Shown piece after piece: positions 24,537 through 26,763 of a DNA stretch of 26,763 nt. Under the pieces are notes generated by a model. That model made no database searches, was not told where the DNA came from, and was given only the letters and a program-made list of their open reading frames with translations. Source of the stretch: a virus (taxonomy: Duplodnaviria; Caudoviricetes); IMG/VR virus record IMGVR_UViG_3300037484_000415, positions 1 through 26,763 of that record, one strand, 5' to 3'. Every line of letters starts with the position of its first letter. Position 1 is the first letter of the stretch. The translations under genes were made by a program, and so were the position numbers.

Positions 24537-25210
24537 CACGTCCTGCTCTTGATCTTCTTTCGCGGCACCGGGTAAGCCACGTAGTACATCCACACGATCT
24601 CTTCAGACTTGAAGAAATGAACGACGGTGTCGTTGTAGCTCGCCAGGCTGACGCCGGCCCGGCGCGACACCAGGCGTTTGAGTAGCGTCTCGCCGCTGGC
24701 CAGACGAACCAGCACATCGTCCTCAAGGTCGAGTTCAGTGCCTGGCTCAACCAAGGCAAAGGCTCGAGGCATGTACTTCGGCGCCATGCTTGTGCCCTCG
24801 ACTTCGATCACGAACGCTTGCGGGTCGGTGCTGGCTATCTCAGCCACTTCGCCGGTCGCACCTGCGGGGTAGTCCCCGTCGGTCCAAATCCTTTCAGGCA
24901 TAACACCTCCGTTGCCGCGCCCCACAACGGCAACAGAGTTGATCTTGCCGGGGCGCACTGGTTGCGCTCCTTCGAGGCCCGCAGGACGTCGAAGCATGTC
25001 TCCCTCTCCGGTCGCCAGCCACAGCTCGTCGACATCACAAGCTGCGGCGATTTGCGCCGTGAACGACGAGCCCTGGCCGGACTTCTCTGCTTCGGTCAGC
25101 GTCGATTGACCCATCCCGACCAACTTCGCTAGTTGTGTCTGCGTGAGCCCCTTCCGCTTACGAGCTTTTACAAGTCGTTCGCCGAATGGGGTACGGGTGG
25201 AATCTCTCAT
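24536..25210 (-). CDS. cI: CI-like repressor (XRE HTH + S24 peptidase)
   Basis: FGERL..AR...GLTQTQLAK.VGM.QST HTH; VEGTSM.P (Ser) and LLKRL (Lys) autocleavage motifs. Start 25210 (alternative 25237). Confidence 0.92.
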   Translation of the reverse strand: MRDSTRTPFGERLVKARKRKGLTQTQLAKLVGMGQSTLTEAEKSGQGSSFTAQIAAACDVDELWLATGEGDMLRRPAGLEGAQPVRPGKINSVAVVGRGNGGVMPERIWTDGDYPAGATGEVAEIASTDPQAFVIEVEGTSMAPKYMPRAFALVEPGTELDLEDDVLVRLASGETLLKRLVSRRAGVSLASYNDTVVHFFKSEEIVWMYYVAYPVPRKKIKSRT

Positions 25211-25235
25211 GCCCGACAGGGTAAATGCATGGTAC

Positions 25236-25277
25236 ATCGGAAATCCGCTTGTGGTGGTATCGGAATCCCGATACGAT
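25236..25277 (+). promoter_or_regulatory. PR promoter with OR operators
   Basis: Operators ATCGGAAATCCGCT 25236-25249 and ATCGGAATCCCGAT 25259-25272. Promoter TTGTGG-N17-TACGAT. Confidence 0.75.
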
Positions 25278-25283
25278 GCACAC

Positions 25284-25502
25284 ATGAACTGGCCATCACT
25301 CATCGCAGATCTTCAGGCGCGCAATCTGAGCTTGACCCAGATTGCGGCTCTTTGCCGCTGCGGGCAATCGACGCTCAGTGATCTGAAGAACAAGGACGGG
25401 CGCGAGCCCGCCTTCTCCTTGGGGCAGGACCTTATCAAGCTGCACAAGTCCAGCGACCGCGAGCTCTCCCGAGCGTTGAGCGTCGCGGAAGCCAAGGCCT
25501 GA
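25284..25502 (+). CDS. cro: Cro-like repressor
   Basis: MNW..LIADL....LSLTQIA..C.CGQSTLSDL.....EP.F.LG..L..LH; divergent from cI. Confidence 0.85.
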   Translation: MNWPSLIADLQARNLSLTQIAALCRCGQSTLSDLKNKDGREPAFSLGQDLIKLHKSSDRELSRALSVAEAKA

Positions 25503-25505
25503 GCC

Positions 25506-25649
25506 ATGGAACGCGCCCTGACGTGGCTCTTGCTCATCGGTGGCACCGGCGCGCTCGCTCTGGGCTTTCATCACCAAGCCACCGTCTGCGCTTCCCTTGG
25601 CTACGTCTGCATCGTCATCGGCGCCTTCGCGCTGGGTGACAAGAGTTAG
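25506..25649 (+). CDS. Small 2-TM membrane protein (47 aa)
   Basis: Read manually: MERALTWLLLIGGTGALALGFHHQATVCASLGYVCIVIGAFALGDKS. Confidence 0.45.
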   Translation: MERALTWLLLIGGTGALALGFHHQATVCASLGYVCIVIGAFALGDKS

Positions 25650-25741
25650 GCCGATCAATTTCGTTTGCATGGCGCGATCTTCGTTGCCCTGCTGCATCGC
25701 AACAACTTCAACGCGCGACGCGTTTTGACAGGAGACCCGGA

Positions 25742-26242
25742 ATGAAACTCGACATCACCCCTTTGCTCCAGGCTGCAGTGCAGAGCTACCGCAGCCCCGA
25801 TGCGGATGGTTCCAACGGCGCCCTCGGCCTGTCGAAGCTGATGCGCATCTCTAACGGCATCCTTAGCCGCAAGGTGAGCCCGGTGGATACAGGCGCGCAC
25901 TGCAGCCCGGAAGAGTTTGTGACGATCTGCCGCGAAACCGGCGACCTTGCTCCTCTTCATGCGATGGCCGCCGCACTCGGCTGCGTGCTGTTGCCGATGA
26001 CGGCTGATGCGTCGAAGGACGTGTCTCCGGTCCTCGCAACCAATTTCAGGGAAGACGGCGAGTGGTTGCAGGCAGCGTCGGCTGCCTATGCATCGCCTGC
26101 GCTCTCCGACAACCAGCTCGCGGCGGCCACCAAGGAAGGCATCGAGAGCATCAAGGCCACGGCAGAAACCATTGGTCATCTGTATGCGAAGAACGCTGAG
26201 AACAAGGCGGCACGTTCTGCGACGCTGAAGGCGGTTGCATGA
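25742..26242 (+). CDS. Phage regulatory CII-family protein
   Basis: AGGAG RBS; LSRKVSP....H.SPEE...I...TGD...LHAMA..LG.VL.P; located after cro. Confidence 0.7.
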   Translation: MKLDITPLLQAAVQSYRSPDADGSNGALGLSKLMRISNGILSRKVSPVDTGAHCSPEEFVTICRETGDLAPLHAMAAALGCVLLPMTADASKDVSPVLATNFREDGEWLQAASAAYASPALSDNQLAAATKEGIESIKATAETIGHLYAKNAENKAARSATLKAVA

Positions 26243-26589
26243 CCAATATTTCAGTCGCTATGACACCGAAGCGCCATTTTATTGATCAAGGTGGCAATGC
26301 AGCCAAGTTTGCTGGTCAGCAGCTGACTTTGGACGTCAACACCGAATGGAAGCACGCCGTGATGGTCGAGCTGCGCGCATGGCTTGAGCGCCAGAAGGCT
26401 GCGGGCACCACGCACATGACCATGGAGGCGTTCCGCGCAGTTGCGCGCAACCAGCCTTCATCGCACAAGGCATGGGGTGCGATGACCACTGCGGCCAAGC
26501 ACGCAGGACTGATCGAGTTCGACGGCTACGTGCGCGCGCAGAGCGTCAAGACTCACGCGCACCCGATTGGGCACTGGAGGATCGTCTAG
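26239..26589 (+). CDS. Hypothetical phage protein
   Basis: ATGA overlap; P..HKAWGA...AA...GLI...GY.....HA.P...W motif seen in phage proteins. Confidence 0.7.
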   Translation: MTNISVAMTPKRHFIDQGGNAAKFAGQQLTLDVNTEWKHAVMVELRAWLERQKAAGTTHMTMEAFRAVARNQPSSHKAWGAMTTAAKHAGLIEFDGYVRAQSVKTHAHPIGHWRIV

Positions 26590-26763
26590 TGGCCTTCGAC
26601 GACATCCCCCCAGTGCCCAAGCGCAAACCCATGTCCAAGAAGCTCCGCTTCGACGTGTTCAAGCGCGATGGCTTCAAGTGCATGTACTGCGGCGCTCACC
26701 CACCTAGCGTCCTACTGCACGTCGACCACATCAACCCCGTGGCGGAAGGCGGCAAGAACGACA
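26589..26763 (+). CDS. HNH endonuclease (3'-truncated by window edge)
   Basis: RKPMSKKLRFDVFKRDGFKCMYCG.......LHVDHINPVAEGG.ND. Confidence 0.85.
   Translation, partial: MAFDDIPPVPKRKPMSKKLRFDVFKRDGFKCMYCGAHPPSVLLHVDHINPVAEGGKND

Noticed and set aside
23500-24540. Pilin as host chromosome flanking a prophage end
   Set aside because: It is enclosed by matched OL/OR operators and phage genes, attP lies 11 kb away, and no pilB/C/D neighbours are present.
1-26763. CRISPR array, tandem guide array, or DGR/retron system
   Set aside because: I saw no regularly spaced direct repeats, cas genes or reverse transcriptase.

Overview
A 26.8-kb, GC-rich segment of a lambdoid-type temperate siphophage, probably infecting a Burkholderiales host (inferred from the pilin leader). 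It is in attP (non-integrated) configuration. Left to right it contains: (1) a GTA-like tail tip and adhesin module; (2) a lysis cassette; (3) a large secreted moron; (4) a ~430-nt hairpin-dense non-coding segment; (5) attP (tRNA 3' end, arm repeats) with a P4-like integrase and AlpA-type excisionase; (6) an RHH+TnpB IS605/IS1341-like element; (7) a leftward early operon (DNA methylase, two Lar-like proteins, YqaJ/RecT); (8) the immunity region (OL, XRE gene, type IVa pilin, cI, OR); (9) cro, cII and an HNH gene. The most striking feature is an intact major type IV pilin gene, with its own sigma54 promoter, candidate activator sites and terminator, lying between OL and cI where lambda carries rexAB. 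This suggests prophage-driven pilus remodelling or superinfection exclusion. Next most notable are the candidate large structured ncRNA beside attP and a TnpB with a non-canonical RuvC-II site. All family assignments come from motif recognition by eye; no database searches were run.
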